Assembly: GCF_018350175.1 (NCBI RefSeq)
Contig: NC_058374.1
Location: 59,520,001-59,584,000, forward strand
Direction: 5' to 3'
Source of the DNA: Felis catus
Taxonomy: Eukaryota
DNA: 64,000 bases
Below are positions 11,439-24,422 of this stretch, one piece after another. A program made the position numbers and the translations under genes. The notes below the pieces were generated by a model that saw nothing but the letters and a program-made list of their open reading frames with translations, did no database searches and was not told the DNA's origin. Each line of letters opens with the position of its first letter. Within the stretch, counting starts at the first letter, position 1.

Positions 11439-12349
11439 TAAAATTGCATTGGACAGTTGGGGATAAAATGACCAACAAGGTCATTCTCTACTCTTCCAGA
11501 GAAGAGACTGCTGCCCCTCCCCCACCTCATTCTACAGCTTTCCCCCTCCCATCCCCTGTCCCATTTTTATGACACTCAATCGACTCAGGTATCCTAACTC
11601 AAATGCCCGGGCGTTAAAACCTTAAAATACAGAGGTCCCTATAAATATTGTTTTCATTTGAATAGGATATTCCTAAAGATCAGGAAGCTTCAGTTCCAGA
11701 TAAATGAGGCATGATGCCAGGGCAGGGAGACCTGCCCAGTAGTCTTTCAAACTCAGCCATGTAGGTAGCCACCTACTCTGTCTGACCAACAGCATCATAG
11801 TTGCAGAGCTGGTGGGACTTGGAGAACATTTCCCATTAGCCTCAGCTCTGACTGTGGCTGGGGAACCTGTGTGGGTCTGCAGCTGAACAGGCCGCTAGTT
11901 ACAGCTGAGCAAATCTCTGCTCAAACTAGTTGCAGGGAAGCTTCCAGAAGTCTAAGGGAAGAGGTTTTTCCTCCCACAATTTCAGAGGGCATTTTACTGT
12001 GGAAGGCACAATGAGTAGGAAAAAAAAAAAAGGGTAAGAATTCATGCAGAACCTCTTTGCCCCCAGTGCCCAGCTCCCTGAGCATTACTTGTGACAACTC
12101 ACCAGGGTTGACTGACTTTTTGCAGACCCCCAGGCTTCTCTATTCATCCCACACAGAACACCCTCAGAGACTTGGCTTGGCTTCACATTGCTGCCCAGAA
12201 GAGGACGTGTCAGGCAATAAGCAATAAAAATGTTCATTTCTCGTTGAAAAAGTCCCAAATTATAACTAAACAGGGTGATTTTTTTTTTTTTTTAATTTCC
12301 AAAATGTGCTTTTCCCCTAGAGTCCTTGAGCACAGACTCGTGGTTTTGT

Positions 12350-12512
12350 NNNNNNNNNNNNNNNNNNNNNNNNNNNNNNNNNNNNNNNNNNNNNNNNNNN
12401 NNNNNNNNNNNNNNNNNNNNNNNNNNNNNNNNNNNNNNNNNNNNNNNNNNNNNNNNNNNNNNNNNNNNNNNNNNNNNNNNNNNNNNNNNNNNNNNNNNNN
12501 NNNNNNNNNNNN
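12350..12512. other. Assembly gap (N run); others at 32863-33029, 33041-33180, 36428-36557, 41577-41764 and 58283-58450
   Basis: Runs of n, each 130-188 bp long. Confidence 0.99.
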
Positions 12513-14769
12513 GTATCCTGCCTCCTCTTTGTTTGGAAAGAGATGTCTTACGTAACCGTACAACCTACTAAATGCTCCATTGTCTTCCACTTGGGAGAGC
12601 TCAAAATAACCCATTAGTGACTTACAACTTATCGCAAAGATAGAATCTATTACCCACATCCTCACAGCCCCCATGGAGCAAGCCTCACCTATCTTACTTA
12701 GATCAATCATCAACAACGAGACTTAATGACTCTTGTCTTTGGGGGAATGCTAAGTTCAGCGCAAGGTACAGGAAATACAAAGCCTTGTTTATCTATAGGT
12801 CACAGCGCTTTGCTCGAGCACCACGTGAAAGTCATTTGTAATTCAAGATTGAGACAGGCATAAACAATTCTGATCTGATGATCCTTTTACTAATCTGATT
12901 TTGATAAACAGCTGATGAAAGTGGAAGGTGTCTGGTCACCAGAGGAGAGATACTCAGGCAGGGAAATCAGTTTCTCTTACCTCACTGGGCAGGGATTTAT
13001 TTCAAGGCTCCTGTTAACAGTCCACAATGCCAAGAACTGTGATCACCACCCTGGACGGCAAGAGCCTTCTAAGCAGAATACAGAAACCCACTGGGTAAGG
13101 TCTTCTCCTCTGTCTTTATTTTCTATGAATCTCTGATTAGCCCAGTTGGGAATTCTAGTAATTACTTAAGCTGGCACCTCTAGAAAAAAATATACCTCTT
13201 AGGATTCAATTAAAAATGAAAAGAACCTCTGTCTGCATGGTGTTGCCAAGGAGTTTTCACTGTATAAGGCAGGGGTGTAGACAAGGATGAATAAAACACT
13301 CTGCATTAGGTGACATTTCCATCTGGTTTTGCTGCCAGAGCAGCTCTGGGGAGAGAAGCTGGAGAGAGTTGGGGGCCAGCCTTCTCCAGCCTACTCTCTT
13401 CCCCATGGATCTCTCCATCTTTGAAGGATCCCTAAAGACTCTTACTTATTTCTTTCTGCAGCATTTTTTTTTTTTTTCATCTGGGACCAGCTACGTGATT
13501 AGTTTCAGGTGGAGGCACATTTCTTTCCCTGCTCAGTGACATGTGAGTCCTCAGCAAAGCTTTCAGAAAGGGACCCTGAACTTGCCGAAGTGCAGCCATC
13601 TCCATCCACCACGTGGAGCATACCTGAGTAGCATGGAGAGTAAAGGTGAGAGCCCATCTCCCCTGGCTATGGCTGCCCCTGCCACGTCCCTTAAGGCCTC
13701 AGTATCGCGTACCAATCTGCCAAGTTCCATGCACGGATCTCAGAACAGCAGCAGCCAAACTGGCATGTAAGAAATCTTGCTGCGCTGAGTTTTGTGGCAC
13801 ATGTGGCTCATGTCTCATCCTGTCCAGCTCACTGATTTAGAAAAAGCTGAAAGTACAAGGGAGCTTCCATTCTGTTCAAGAGTGATTTCTACAAGGAGCT
13901 CTAAAGCCCAAGCTTCTTGCAGAAGCTGCTTGCTTACATTACAGGACAAGGTATGGGAAACCACTCCAGCTTTGAAATAATAAGAATAAGAATAAATCTT
14001 TGGTATCCCATTTCCAGGAAACAAGGTGGAGTTCAAGTCCCTCTCAAATGAAAAAAATTGGAAAGTTTCCATTTTATCTGAATACAATATGCATTCAAAA
14101 ATGGGCAGGGACTCTTTATACTGTAAGAACAACATAGCTCATGGAAGTGTTATTACAAATCCATTTTTCTTTTAAATGCTAACTTGCTATGTAGGAAAGA
14201 TTTAGAATAGACATTAAGGAGAAATTCCTAATGACGAATGTGTAAAGTATGGAGAAATTACCAACTTGTAGAATACCTATCTCAATAGAATATTGAACAA
14301 TTTTATCTAAAGGTTATTAATAAAATAGTACACAACTCTTTTCCTAGAATGGCTTCATTCAAACCCAACCTAAAAGCTATAAGAAAAAAGAATTCTTGCA
14401 ACTGGAACTCATGGGGACTTACCAAACCAACAGACTTCTAATTGTGTTGCTGTCTTTTCTAACATGTCCCTTTGCCTCTTCTATGTCTAGAAATACTTCT
14501 GGCTTAAGAATTTTGGAGACAGAGTCAAAAATAGGGAAGTTAAGGGAATGTAGAAAATCAAATTGAAATATCAATTATCACTTCAAGTTAGCAATAAAAA
14601 TAAAATTAAAATCAAAATTATTTAATAATGGACTACATATCTTAAGCACACACATGAAAATATTATGCAAAAACACAGTCCTCTTTAACTGGACTTGGGA
14701 AATCTCTGAATGATATTTTAAGGACCCTTTGAATTCAGTGTCGATATATATATTTGAGAGTCCGTATAT

Positions 14770-14990
14770 TATGGCCTATAAGAGTCTGGTTTTGGAACCA
14801 TACTTGAATCTTGAATTCTAATATGGCCTTGGGCAAACAACCTACTCTTTCTGTGCCTTCCTGTCTTAGTTTCTTTGTCTGAAGGATAATCGTAGGGTAT
14901 TTGTGAACAGTGAATGAATAAATGGATGGTTATCTGTAATGGATTTAGAACAGTTCCTATGATCAATGCTATGTAAGTGGTTGGTTTTGA
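14770..14990 (+). mobile_element. MIR remnant
   Basis: tctggttttggaacca...ccttgggcaaacaacctactctttctgtgcct...tagtttc...atttagaacagttcct. Confidence 0.6.
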
Positions 14991-17187
14991 GTATAAACTG
15001 TCAGCAAATTGAAATTCAGTGGCATATCAGGAAACCAGGAAAACTGGTAGCCTCTAAAATTTCTAGAGTGAAGCACTTTAAAGAAACACACAAATTAATA
15101 GCCTTTGTATTCTAAAGCCTAAGTACAAAACAGCAATCCCTCTGCCTCATGTAAACATGGGAAGTACGATACAGATAATTTTCGTATATTTTTTCCTCTA
15201 CCATGATTTCTACTCAGTTGACAAACTGGAGCAGGGCGTCAAAGTCCTGGCATCTGGGAGCCCTGAGGCTCACTGAACTGGACCAGAGTAAGTCTTTTAA
15301 GGGCCCAGAACCATCCTGTGGGCCTCTTCCCTACTCTCATTGATATGGGTGACTCCAGGTTGTAGCAATTACTTCACGTAGCCTTTAAGGGAGTGAGAAA
15401 GTAACAAAGAGGTTTGAGTAGTGGACAAGGCACACTGGGAAAGGCAAACCCACCATTTCTGCTTTGGAGACCCTGGCAGTTTATGAATTAAGTGTTTTTG
15501 CAGGTACATTATGACTTCAAATCTAGCTGGTAGAGTCATTTTCTTCCTACCATCCACGAGCTGAACCCTTGCCCAGTGCAAGTGACTCAGGCTCCATGTA
15601 GGGGTTGGATTTTGGCAAAGTCCTGGTAGGGACCTCTGTGTGAAAATAAAGTGGTTGATAGCAAATTGGGATCCTTGAATTTTATGGATCCATGTCCAAA
15701 TAGCCAAGGTCAGTACTGGAATCCAAGAGAAAAAGTTTGCAGCAGACTTTTCAAAGCTGCTCTCACCAGGCCCACACTGCCTGGGCCAGAGGCCCCTTGG
15801 GCTGGCCCCAGAAGTGGGCTCAAAATGCAAGCCTCCTCTGTCCAAAACTAAATGCAGAGTTCTATAAATTGACATCTTGGGTACTCTGAAGAGCTAAGAT
15901 AGATGAGATTTAGATTCACAGCATGCCTGTGAATTAAAAATAGAAATTAAATACAGGCATGAGCAAACTATCCTGTTGGAGGAGAGGTGACTTTCTTGCC
16001 TTAAGGCGAAATGTAATGGGATCTCATCTGACCAGGAGCAGACACTCCAAGCCACATCCATTGCTTTGACAGTCGTAGAACTCTGACGTCAAAAGAGAGA
16101 CGTGGCCCACACCACACTTAACTCCAAACCACCTCCCCTTCTGCCCCAAGTTTATTCTCTTCCTCTGCTTTTTTTTTTTTTTTTTTTTCCATGCTGAGAA
16201 AGAAACGCTGCAAGGACATGGGGGGGAGGGGGCACTGGGGGAGGAGGAGGGACCAAGGAGACATTAGCATAAAAGCCTTTGGGTATCTGCCTGCAGAGCT
16301 TTGTATTCTTTCCTCCTATAACACAAAAGCAGTTCTGGATGAAAAAGAGTCAGAAGGTCAGAGTGACTAAACACATTATGTACTTCAAGGCAAGCATCAG
16401 GGTTGTGTGGAAACCTGGGATTTACTGAAGCTTCCTTACTCTTTTGTAAGAGGAATTAAGCATCAGGTGGGTTTTTGAGTGAAATTATTAGATTTTTAAA
16501 TGTTTTTTAGAGATCATATTTCTCTTCCACCCTCAGATTATACTCCCATCCACGCTCAATGTCTGTGCATTTGTCTCCAAATGCAGTCATGGGCCTTGAC
16601 ATACAGCAAAAGGGAGAAATGTTTTTCTGCTCTTAAGTTTTAAATTCTGAGTCTTGCTATTTACAGTGAAAAGTTATTTATTACATTTGCTTTAGTTATA
16701 AGGAAAATATAAAAAGGGGAAAAATGTTTTACAATCTTTTAGTTTACTCCTAAACTTTTCCCTTAATATTTATTTCTCATCTTAAAGTCATTGTATTAGA
16801 GCTGGAAGGAATCCTTATCCAATTCCCTTATTTTATAAAAGAACAAACAGGCCAGATGAGGGTCAACTGAGTCCAGATGAGGGTCAGTGACTTGTTTAAG
16901 CTCATGTGACTCTGTTTCTCTCTCTCTCTCTCTCTTTCCTTTTTAATGTAAATATTTGGCTTTAAACTGGCACAAGCTTTTATTCCTAATTTCTTTCTTT
17001 ACTCTGCCATATAAATTGAGATATTTTACTGTTTGATTGTGATCTGCAATTACACACGCTCTTATTTCAACAAGTTGAAAATCCCTGCTCACTCTTCTTA
17101 TGGAGGCTAGGAAAGGTGTGGGGCAGGGCACAAACCCCACATTCATATTGCTAGTGTGTTCCAGGACATTTCTCCTATGCTTCTTTA

Positions 17188-17230
17188 GAATAAAATAAAA
17201 TAAAATAAAATAAAATAAAATAAAATAAAA
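17188..17230. repeat. (TAAAA)n pentanucleotide repeat
   Basis: About 8 aataa units. Confidence 0.9.
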
Positions 17231-17419
17231 AGAAATTAAACAAAGTTTACTCATCCTCTCTCAACCTCAGTGACCCAAGAGTTTGAAGAAGAGTAAGTAT
17301 AAGTGTGAGTAAGAAACACTGAGGGGATGGCCAAAGTAGCCTCTTTTTTTGAGAGCCTGCCTATGGTGGTGGTTGTATGACATTGGTGACTGGAATCCCC
17401 GAGGGAGCTTCCCATCTAG

Positions 17420-17625
17420 CTTGGTTAAAAACAGGCTCTGGAAACAATCAGATTACCTGGGGTACAAGTCTAGGTTTTGCTACCACTTACTAGCTATAGA
17501 CTCTTGGACACATTCCTTAACTTCGTTCACAAAATGAGAGTAATATGACTTCATATCTGTAATGAGCTGGAAAAAGGGCCTGGAACATTCTAAGGCCATA
17601 ATCTATGCTTATTGTTATCATTATG
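17420..17625 (+). mobile_element. MIR remnant
   Basis: ggttaaaaacaggctctggaaacaatcagattacctggggtacaagtctaggttttgctaccacttactagct. Confidence 0.65.
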
Positions 17626-18286
17626 TATTACCAAACCTGCTTCCAAGCCCATCTGAAAATCTGGGCCAAAGATAGAAGAGGAGGGGAATTGTTTTATTAT
17701 GTTTGACCAGGTACTAGGGAGAACAACACAGTTATGGCTTGAGGTGACAGTGGAAAATCCTTTTTCCTATACCTAAACCCAGCTTAGGTGTATGGTTATT
17801 AATGCATACATTCAAATGGTTATTAATGCATACTATCAAAATAGAGAGCAGTTCCCAGAATGTGCTTTTTAGAGAGCTTTCTGGTAGCCTTTATGAGATT
17901 AAAGTCTGGCCTCTGGCTGCTCTAATCAGCCTCTCTCTAAGTGGTAGGAACCAGGTTTTCCTGTTGTAGCACCCGATCTGCAGCAGGAACCACAGTCCCA
18001 CCCAACCCATGTCTTCAAATGCAGGATGACTTACAGACTCTGTTCCAAATGCTCCTATCTCCAGTAAGCATTGGAGGATCCTTTCTGGTCACTTTCCTGT
18101 GCCTTGGGTGATGTCCATTTCAAAGCTGGATTTGTCTTTGGGGGAGATACATCCTAGTGCTTTTAAAGAGCAGCAGGACTTGAGAGCCAGCCCTTCTGGC
18201 TGCATGAAAATTTCAGGGTAGAAGTAATGAGACAGACATTTCTTCATCAGATCATTAATCTTTCCGATGTTGTGTCAATCCTTTTG

Positions 18287-18511
18287 TTTTTTTTTTTAAA
18301 AGTTTATTTATTTTGAGAGAGAGTGCACGTGAACACGCGCGCATATGTGCATGGGGAAGGAACAGAGAGAGAGGGAGACAGAGGATCCCAAACAGGCTCT
18401 GTGCTGTCAGCGCAGGGCCTGACAGGGGGCTCCATCTCACGAACGGTGAAATCATGACCGGAGCTGAAATCAGGAGTCGTGTGCTTAACCTACTGAGCCA
18501 CACAGGCACCC
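18287..18511 (-). mobile_element. Can-SINE (SINEC_Fc-like)
   Basis: Reverse-strand SINE. TSD caatccttttg at 18276-18286 and 18512-18522. Confidence 0.95.
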
Positions 18512-19949
18512 CAATCCTTTTGCCTTTAGTAGGGTTGCAGTGGACCACTCAGGAGGTATCACATAATTACCAGCACTCAAGGGAAAAGTAGAGAGGGATT
18601 TTGAAGAGAATTTCCAACGGCAATTAATTAACCTGATACCGATAAATTCTGAAGGCCGTAGTAATCTGGAAAGAAAAACAGTGATCTGGGAGTCTCTGAC
18701 AATGCTAACGGAATCATGCTGCACAAAAACTTTCCTCCGCTTCCGGATTTTTTTTTATCTGTGTCTTTTGTACAACCACCAACACTACAGGCAACACAGA
18801 CACAATGACTGGGGAATCTGGCGAATTTCGTAAGTCCTTCCAAAGCGCTCAGGAATCATTCCTTCTCATTGCATTTCAGGGAGGAATCAAATATGCAAGC
18901 TTAAAGCTAAAAAAACATGGGACTTGGCGTCTGTAGGTAAAACAGGAATAAGCACCATGACCTTGGTCATGTCACCAGAACAATTAGAAATAGTCTTCAC
19001 CTGCCCGATTTGAGAAAAGGACTCGACTCCCACTTATCTTCTGCGCAGTGAGAGGCTAATGGGAAACGAGCCGTGGGGAAGGCTTCCATGGCCTCGGAGT
19101 AGGCTCCTCTGCTCGGTGCGGTGCCCTTGGCAACACAACAGAAGGCTGCGGGGGCTGGGGGAGGCCAGACTGAGAAGAAAAGAATGGCATGAAATACGAT
19201 GCAGCTGCTGAACTTTCTTTTCATTAACTTTAAATTATATCAGTTTTTAGACTTTTGGAAACTTACTAAAAGGGGGAAAAAAAGTAAGAAGACAATCTGT
19301 CTGCTTTTAACCTAACTTGAATTGAGCAATAATAAAAGTAATTTAGCCAAGGGCAGAAAGACAGGACCACTGCTGTCCCTGCTCCCCCTCTTCCAATCCC
19401 CTTTAGCTAGAAGTTTCCATTTCAGCTCTCCCCGTCTAAGACAAGGAATACACAGCTCCAGAAAGGAGGCTGTCCCTGCAGCTGTCTCCTCTGCCTGGCC
19501 TTACAAGAGTGACTCAGCAAAGCAGCCCCTTCCAGGGCGGGAACAGGGCAGGGCATTTGTTAAAAGGCTGTAGAAGTGCGTACCATCTTTCCAGCTTGCT
19601 TATTCATGCTATCCCGAAATGGCCATAGCACCTGGATCATTAAATTATTTATGTACTCCATATTGCAAGAGTCTTTTGGGGAAGAAGTGACCAAGAAGAG
19701 AGACCAGGTGAGATTGGTGTGAGTGGGTGGGTGTATATTGGGTGGAGGGGCAGGTATTAACATTCACCTCCAAATCCCCCAGTGTTCAAGATCCTAGCAC
19801 TCTAAGCCCTTCCCTGATGTTCGCCATGAGATACCTTTTGTTATAACTGGAGCCATGAATGTTCTGAGCTTCTCCAGAACACCTGTACCTCTTGGCCACA
19901 GGATAAAAAACAAGGAAGTGAAGAAGGGAAGGGAATGGAAAAAATTCAA

Positions 19950-20460
19950 TACTCCAATGCACATTTATCGAATACCTACTTTGTGATAGTCCTCGTTTTA
20001 GGAGCTGGATGTATAGGGATCAGTAAATCTTACATTCATGTGGGAAAAACAGACAATGAAAATATAAGTACATGAACAGAACATTTTAGGTAGTGGTGAG
20101 TATTCTGAAGAATAGTCTTATTGGAGAGAGTAAAGGGGCAGGGTGATACTGGGATGATAAGGGAAGTCATCTTTTGGGCCATGCCATTTGATCTGGGACC
20201 TCAGTAATGGAAGCAGTGAGGCATGCAATGACCTGGGTAAAAAGCCAGTCAGAAGTGACAGCAAGGATTAATGCCCAGGGATAAAGTTAGGTGATCAGGA
20301 GAACAGAGAGAAGACAAAGGCAACTTAATAATGGTATTGGAGGGACAGGCTGTGACCAGATAGGTAAGCTGGGGTCAGATCACAGAGTGGCTTGTAGGCC
20401 ACAGGAAGAGTTCGGGAGCCACTGGAGTGTTTGTAAGCAGTGGAGTGACATGATGTTTAC
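19950..20460 (-). mobile_element. L2 LINE 3' remnant
   Basis: acatttatcgaatacctactttgtgatag...ctggatgtataggg...gagccactggagtgtttgtaagcagtggagtgacatgat. Confidence 0.6.
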
Positions 20461-20615
20461 CCCGTTTCCCATTTCCATATACATAGGTACTTACATACAA
20501 ACACAGGGAAGGTATGTGGCTAGGGTGGAAATTGAGTTTGGGTTGTGAAAATATTTTACATTTTTATAATTGCATGCCACTTCAGATTTGATATTTAGAA
20601 GGGCAAACAATTTCA

Positions 20616-20831
20616 GGGGGGTCTGCATGATTCAGTTGAGTAGGCATCTGACCATTGGTCTCAGCTCAGGTCATGATCTCATGGTTTGTGGGATCAAGCC
20701 CCACATCAGGCTCTGCACTGACAGCTCAGAGCCTGCTTGGGATTCTCTTTCCCTCTCCCTCTGTGCCCCTCTCCCACTCATGCATGCACCCTCTCTCTTC
20801 CTCAAAATAAATAAATAAATTAAAAAAAAAA
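20616..20831 (+). mobile_element. Can-SINE
   Basis: SINE body and A tail. Degenerate TSD agaagggcaaacaatttca / agaaggatgaacaatgtca. Confidence 0.92.
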
Positions 20832-21116
20832 AGAAGGATGAACAATGTCAGCAATGCAAAAGGAAGGGCTAGGTTGGAAAATAAGGCAAGTGTTTTCTTA
20901 AAGCCCTTTTATGAAATTAATACCCAAAATGAAACAACATCATCCACGCAGGTCATGCTGGACATTGACCTTTCAAAGCCAACTAACTCTTAAGACATTT
21001 TGAATTAACTAGAACAGAGACAGAGCAGGGAAGAGAAAGCTGGTTATCTTTCTCACTAAGTCTGCAGGACTTACCCATTAGAGAAGGCATGACTTGGTTT
21101 AAGAAACCAATAACCA

Positions 21117-21331
21117 GGGGCACCTGGGTGGCTCAGTCGGTTAAGCATCCAACTTTGGCTCAGGTTATGGTCTCACAGTTTGTGGGTTTGAGCCCCATGT
21201 CAGGCTCTGTGCTGACAGCTCAGTGCCTGGAGCCTGCTTCAGATTCTATGTGTCTCTCTCTGCCCCTCCCCTGCTCATGCTCTCTGTCTCAAAAATTAAA
21301 AAAAAATTTAAAAAAACATTAAAAAATGTTA
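21117..21331 (+). mobile_element. Can-SINE (SINEC_Fc-like)
   Basis: ggggcacctgggtggctcagtcggttaag head. TSD aagaaaccaataa. Confidence 0.95.
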
Positions 21332-22273
21332 AAGAAACCAATAAGCGGTAGTTTACAAGTGCGTGGTTTATCCATATTTGCACAGAATACCAGGTCTCCC
21401 TCTGAGATCCAGACGAGAACCTTCAGTTTTAGCCACTTGTTTAACCACGATGGTCTCTCTTTGTTCCAGGACATTGGAACCACCCTGGAAGATCCAGTCA
21501 ATGAAAGAGCTTGGACAAATAAATGTTTTGGGGTGTTGACCTATGAAGCTCCTTCAAATATTCCTTTTCTATTTGGCTTACATTTTCTTCCTTCCTCCCT
21601 TCCTTTCTTTCTTTCTTTCCTTCTTTTCTTTCAAGAATTTTAAGAACAGGAAAGGAAAATATGAGGGAAAGGGGACATAATTTTTATTATGAACTCTGTG
21701 ATTATGTCTAACATGGCTAAAATTACATAATATTATTTTTGTAAAAGGATGGAGTTTTAAACACCTAGTGATTAGAGGCATTCTTCAGACTACAAGTAAA
21801 CAGAGACTGCATACCCACAAAATATGTACAAAAGTGAAACAAATACCTTTTTTTTAAACAAAGTTAACGTCTGTAGAAAATTGATGGACTTGAGCAGAGT
21901 AGCTACTAACAAAGAATAAATGAAAACATAAGTTACATGTAGATATGTTTTTATTTAGCTCATCATATTTATCCCCTGGTGACTTAAAGACATAATGGAA
22001 GACAAAATGTTTTAAAAGAGTAAAAAAACCAGAGGTCAAATACTAAATAAGATGGAGTATATATAAAATAGTAAGAGAAGCTACTATAATTAAGCAAACT
22101 ACATAACTCTGAAAAATGTGGATACTTTCTGCCAGCCTGTTTTACTTTGATAGTGATTCCAGAGCCCTAAATCAATTAGATTTAAACATTTTATTTTTAC
22201 CTCAGAGACAGTTCCTTCATTTGAATAGACATTGGGAAGTTAGCTCAGTGATTAAGAATCTAAAGAATGAAAG

Positions 22274-22721
22274 TATGAGAGACCGAATATTGACTCCCAA
22301 GGATATCCACGTCCTAATTCCTGGATCCTGTGAATGTCACTTTATACAGCAAAAAAGGACTTTGCAGATATGATTAAATTAAGAATTTTGAGATGGGGAG
22401 GTTATCCTGGGTTATCTGGGCAGACCCTAATTTAATCACATTTTTCTCATAAGAGTGACAGAGGGATATTGACACAGAAGAGGAGAAAGCAGCGTGACCA
22501 CTGAGGCAGAGAACGGTGTGGAGGGGGGCCACAAGCCAAGGAATGCCAACGGCCAGTAGAGCTGGAAGAGGCAAAGAATAGGTTTCTTCCTTGAGCGTCA
22601 GGAGGAATGCGGCCTTAGTGACACCTTGGTTTTGATGTGGTGAAACAGATTTCAGACCAAGGCTTCTGACCTTCAAAAAATGTAAATGGGTATTGTTAAG
22701 ACAGCCGTGGAAAACTAATAT
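22274..22721 (+). mobile_element. MaLR solo LTR (MLT1C-like)
   Basis: gatatccacgtcctaattcctggatcctgtgaatgt...ggactttgcagatatgattaaattaag...ccacaagccaaggaatgcc...ggaaaactaatata. Confidence 0.85.
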
Positions 22722-22879
22722 ACTAACCAAGCAAGATAAGGATATAGTCACCCTTACTATTTCCTTAATACCACCTCCGTTTTCCTGAATTGCGGTTTTT
22801 ATCAACCGTGCATTTACTTTCACATTTTCAAGGTTAATGATGTTTATATTCTGTTCTATCCCAGTACTAGAGGCGTCGT

Positions 22880-23130
22880 ATGAGAATGGGGTCTGTAGCA
22901 GGTTGGGCACATTTGAACCTGGTCCTACTTAACATCAGCATATTAAGTTTGGGTAAGTAATCTCTCTATACCTGAATCCTCATCCATACTATAGAGACAG
23001 AAAAATAGCGCCCATCTCAGTGTTATTGTGGGGAATAAACAAGTCAGTGCATGCTAAGTGCTTACAAGTGTGATCAGCACATCATCATCCTCTTCATCAG
23101 CATTCAAGAAGTATTGCTATTTTTATTACT
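22880..23130 (+). mobile_element. MIR remnant
   Basis: tttgggtaagtaatctctc...cctcatcc...cccatctcagtgttattgtggggaataaac...aagtgcttac. Confidence 0.55.
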
Positions 23131-23719
23131 ATGTTTACATTTTTGTGATTTGAATATATTTATTCTAAAAATTGAAAACCAACAAATTGCATTTACATAA
23201 GTAGGACTAAGTATTGTTCACAGCAGTGCCAAATTGTGTGTTAGTGTGAAATATCCTTATCTGCAGGCCCCATGTGATAACTTCTGGACTATCTGAAGGA
23301 AAATGTTCCTAGCATCAAGGTCAAGTGGATAACTATTTTTTTTTCTTATATATACATCATCAGTTTCTCAAAATTTGTCGTATTTTACTTTACTTTGTAT
23401 TGGACAATGGCTTTCTTATTATTCATTTTCTCATCTTTGATAAAAAATTATTTTTCACAATACCTCAAAATGACCCAGTATTTTAATAAGTCAAAAAATT
23501 TGATAAAAATCCACTTTCTCTTCAGGGGTATTTCTCAGCTCTAATCTGGACTACTTCTTAAAGCTGTGAAATAATGGTCCAACTGGGGTTTTATGGTAAA
23601 TACTTGAACACTTTCTTTTTTCTATTTGTCAGTAAAAATAAACCAAAAATAGCACATAAAGTACATTTTCCTGGAAAATTCTGTTGGTATGACAATCACA
23701 TATTGGTAGTGGTTGCATG

Positions 23720-23953
23720 AGGCAGAGGGTCATCTTTGAAATCAGACACTCCTGAAGCCTAATCCTACCTATACCACGTCCTTTTTGTGGGAGTTGAGGC
23801 AAATGATGAACTTTTCAGAGCCCTGGTGTCCTCATCTTCGGAATGATGACAATAGTACATTGCTGATAATTCTGTACATGACAGATTAAATGACGTAATC
23901 AGTGTCGAGCTCTACCTGTTACATGGTAAACTTTTACTAAATGGGAGCTATAA
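23720..23953 (+). mobile_element. MIR remnant whose tail is the target site of the L1 at 23954
   Basis: ctttgaaatcagacac...ggcaaatgatgaacttttcagagcc...cctcatc...agattaaatga...taaatgggagctat; resumes (aatcattatt) after the L1. Confidence 0.6.
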
Positions 23954-24422
23954 GCACTCTCAACAGTAGCCGAATTATGGAAAGAGCCTAAATGTCCATC
24001 AACTGATGAATGGATAAAGAAATTGTGGTTTATATACACAATGGAGTACTACATGGCGATGAGAAAGAACGAAATATGGCCCTTTGTAGCAACATGGATG
24101 GAACTGGAGAGTGCGATGCTAAGTGGAATAAGCCATACAGAGAAAGACAGATACCATATGGTTTCACTCTTATGTGGATCCTGAGAAACTTAACAGAAAC
24201 CCATGGGGGAGGGGAGGGAAAAAAAAAGAGGGGCGTTAGAGTGGGAGAGAGCCAAAGCATAAGAGACTCTTAAAAACTGAGAACAAACTGAGGGTTGATG
24301 GGGGGTGGGAGGGAGAGGAGGGTGGGTGATGGGTATTGAGGAGGGCACCTTTTGGGATGAGCACTGGGTGTTGTATGGAAACCAATTTGACAATAAACTT
24401 CATATATTGAAAAAAAATAAAA
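23954..24422 (+). mobile_element. 5'-truncated felid L1 (L1_Fc-like) 3' end
   Basis: ORF2 C-terminus (ggaaagagcctaaatgtccatcaactgatgaatggataaagaa), G-rich 3' UTR, aataaa and A tail. Perfect 16-bp TSD taaatgggagctataa at 23938-23953 and 24423-24438. Confidence 0.95.
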
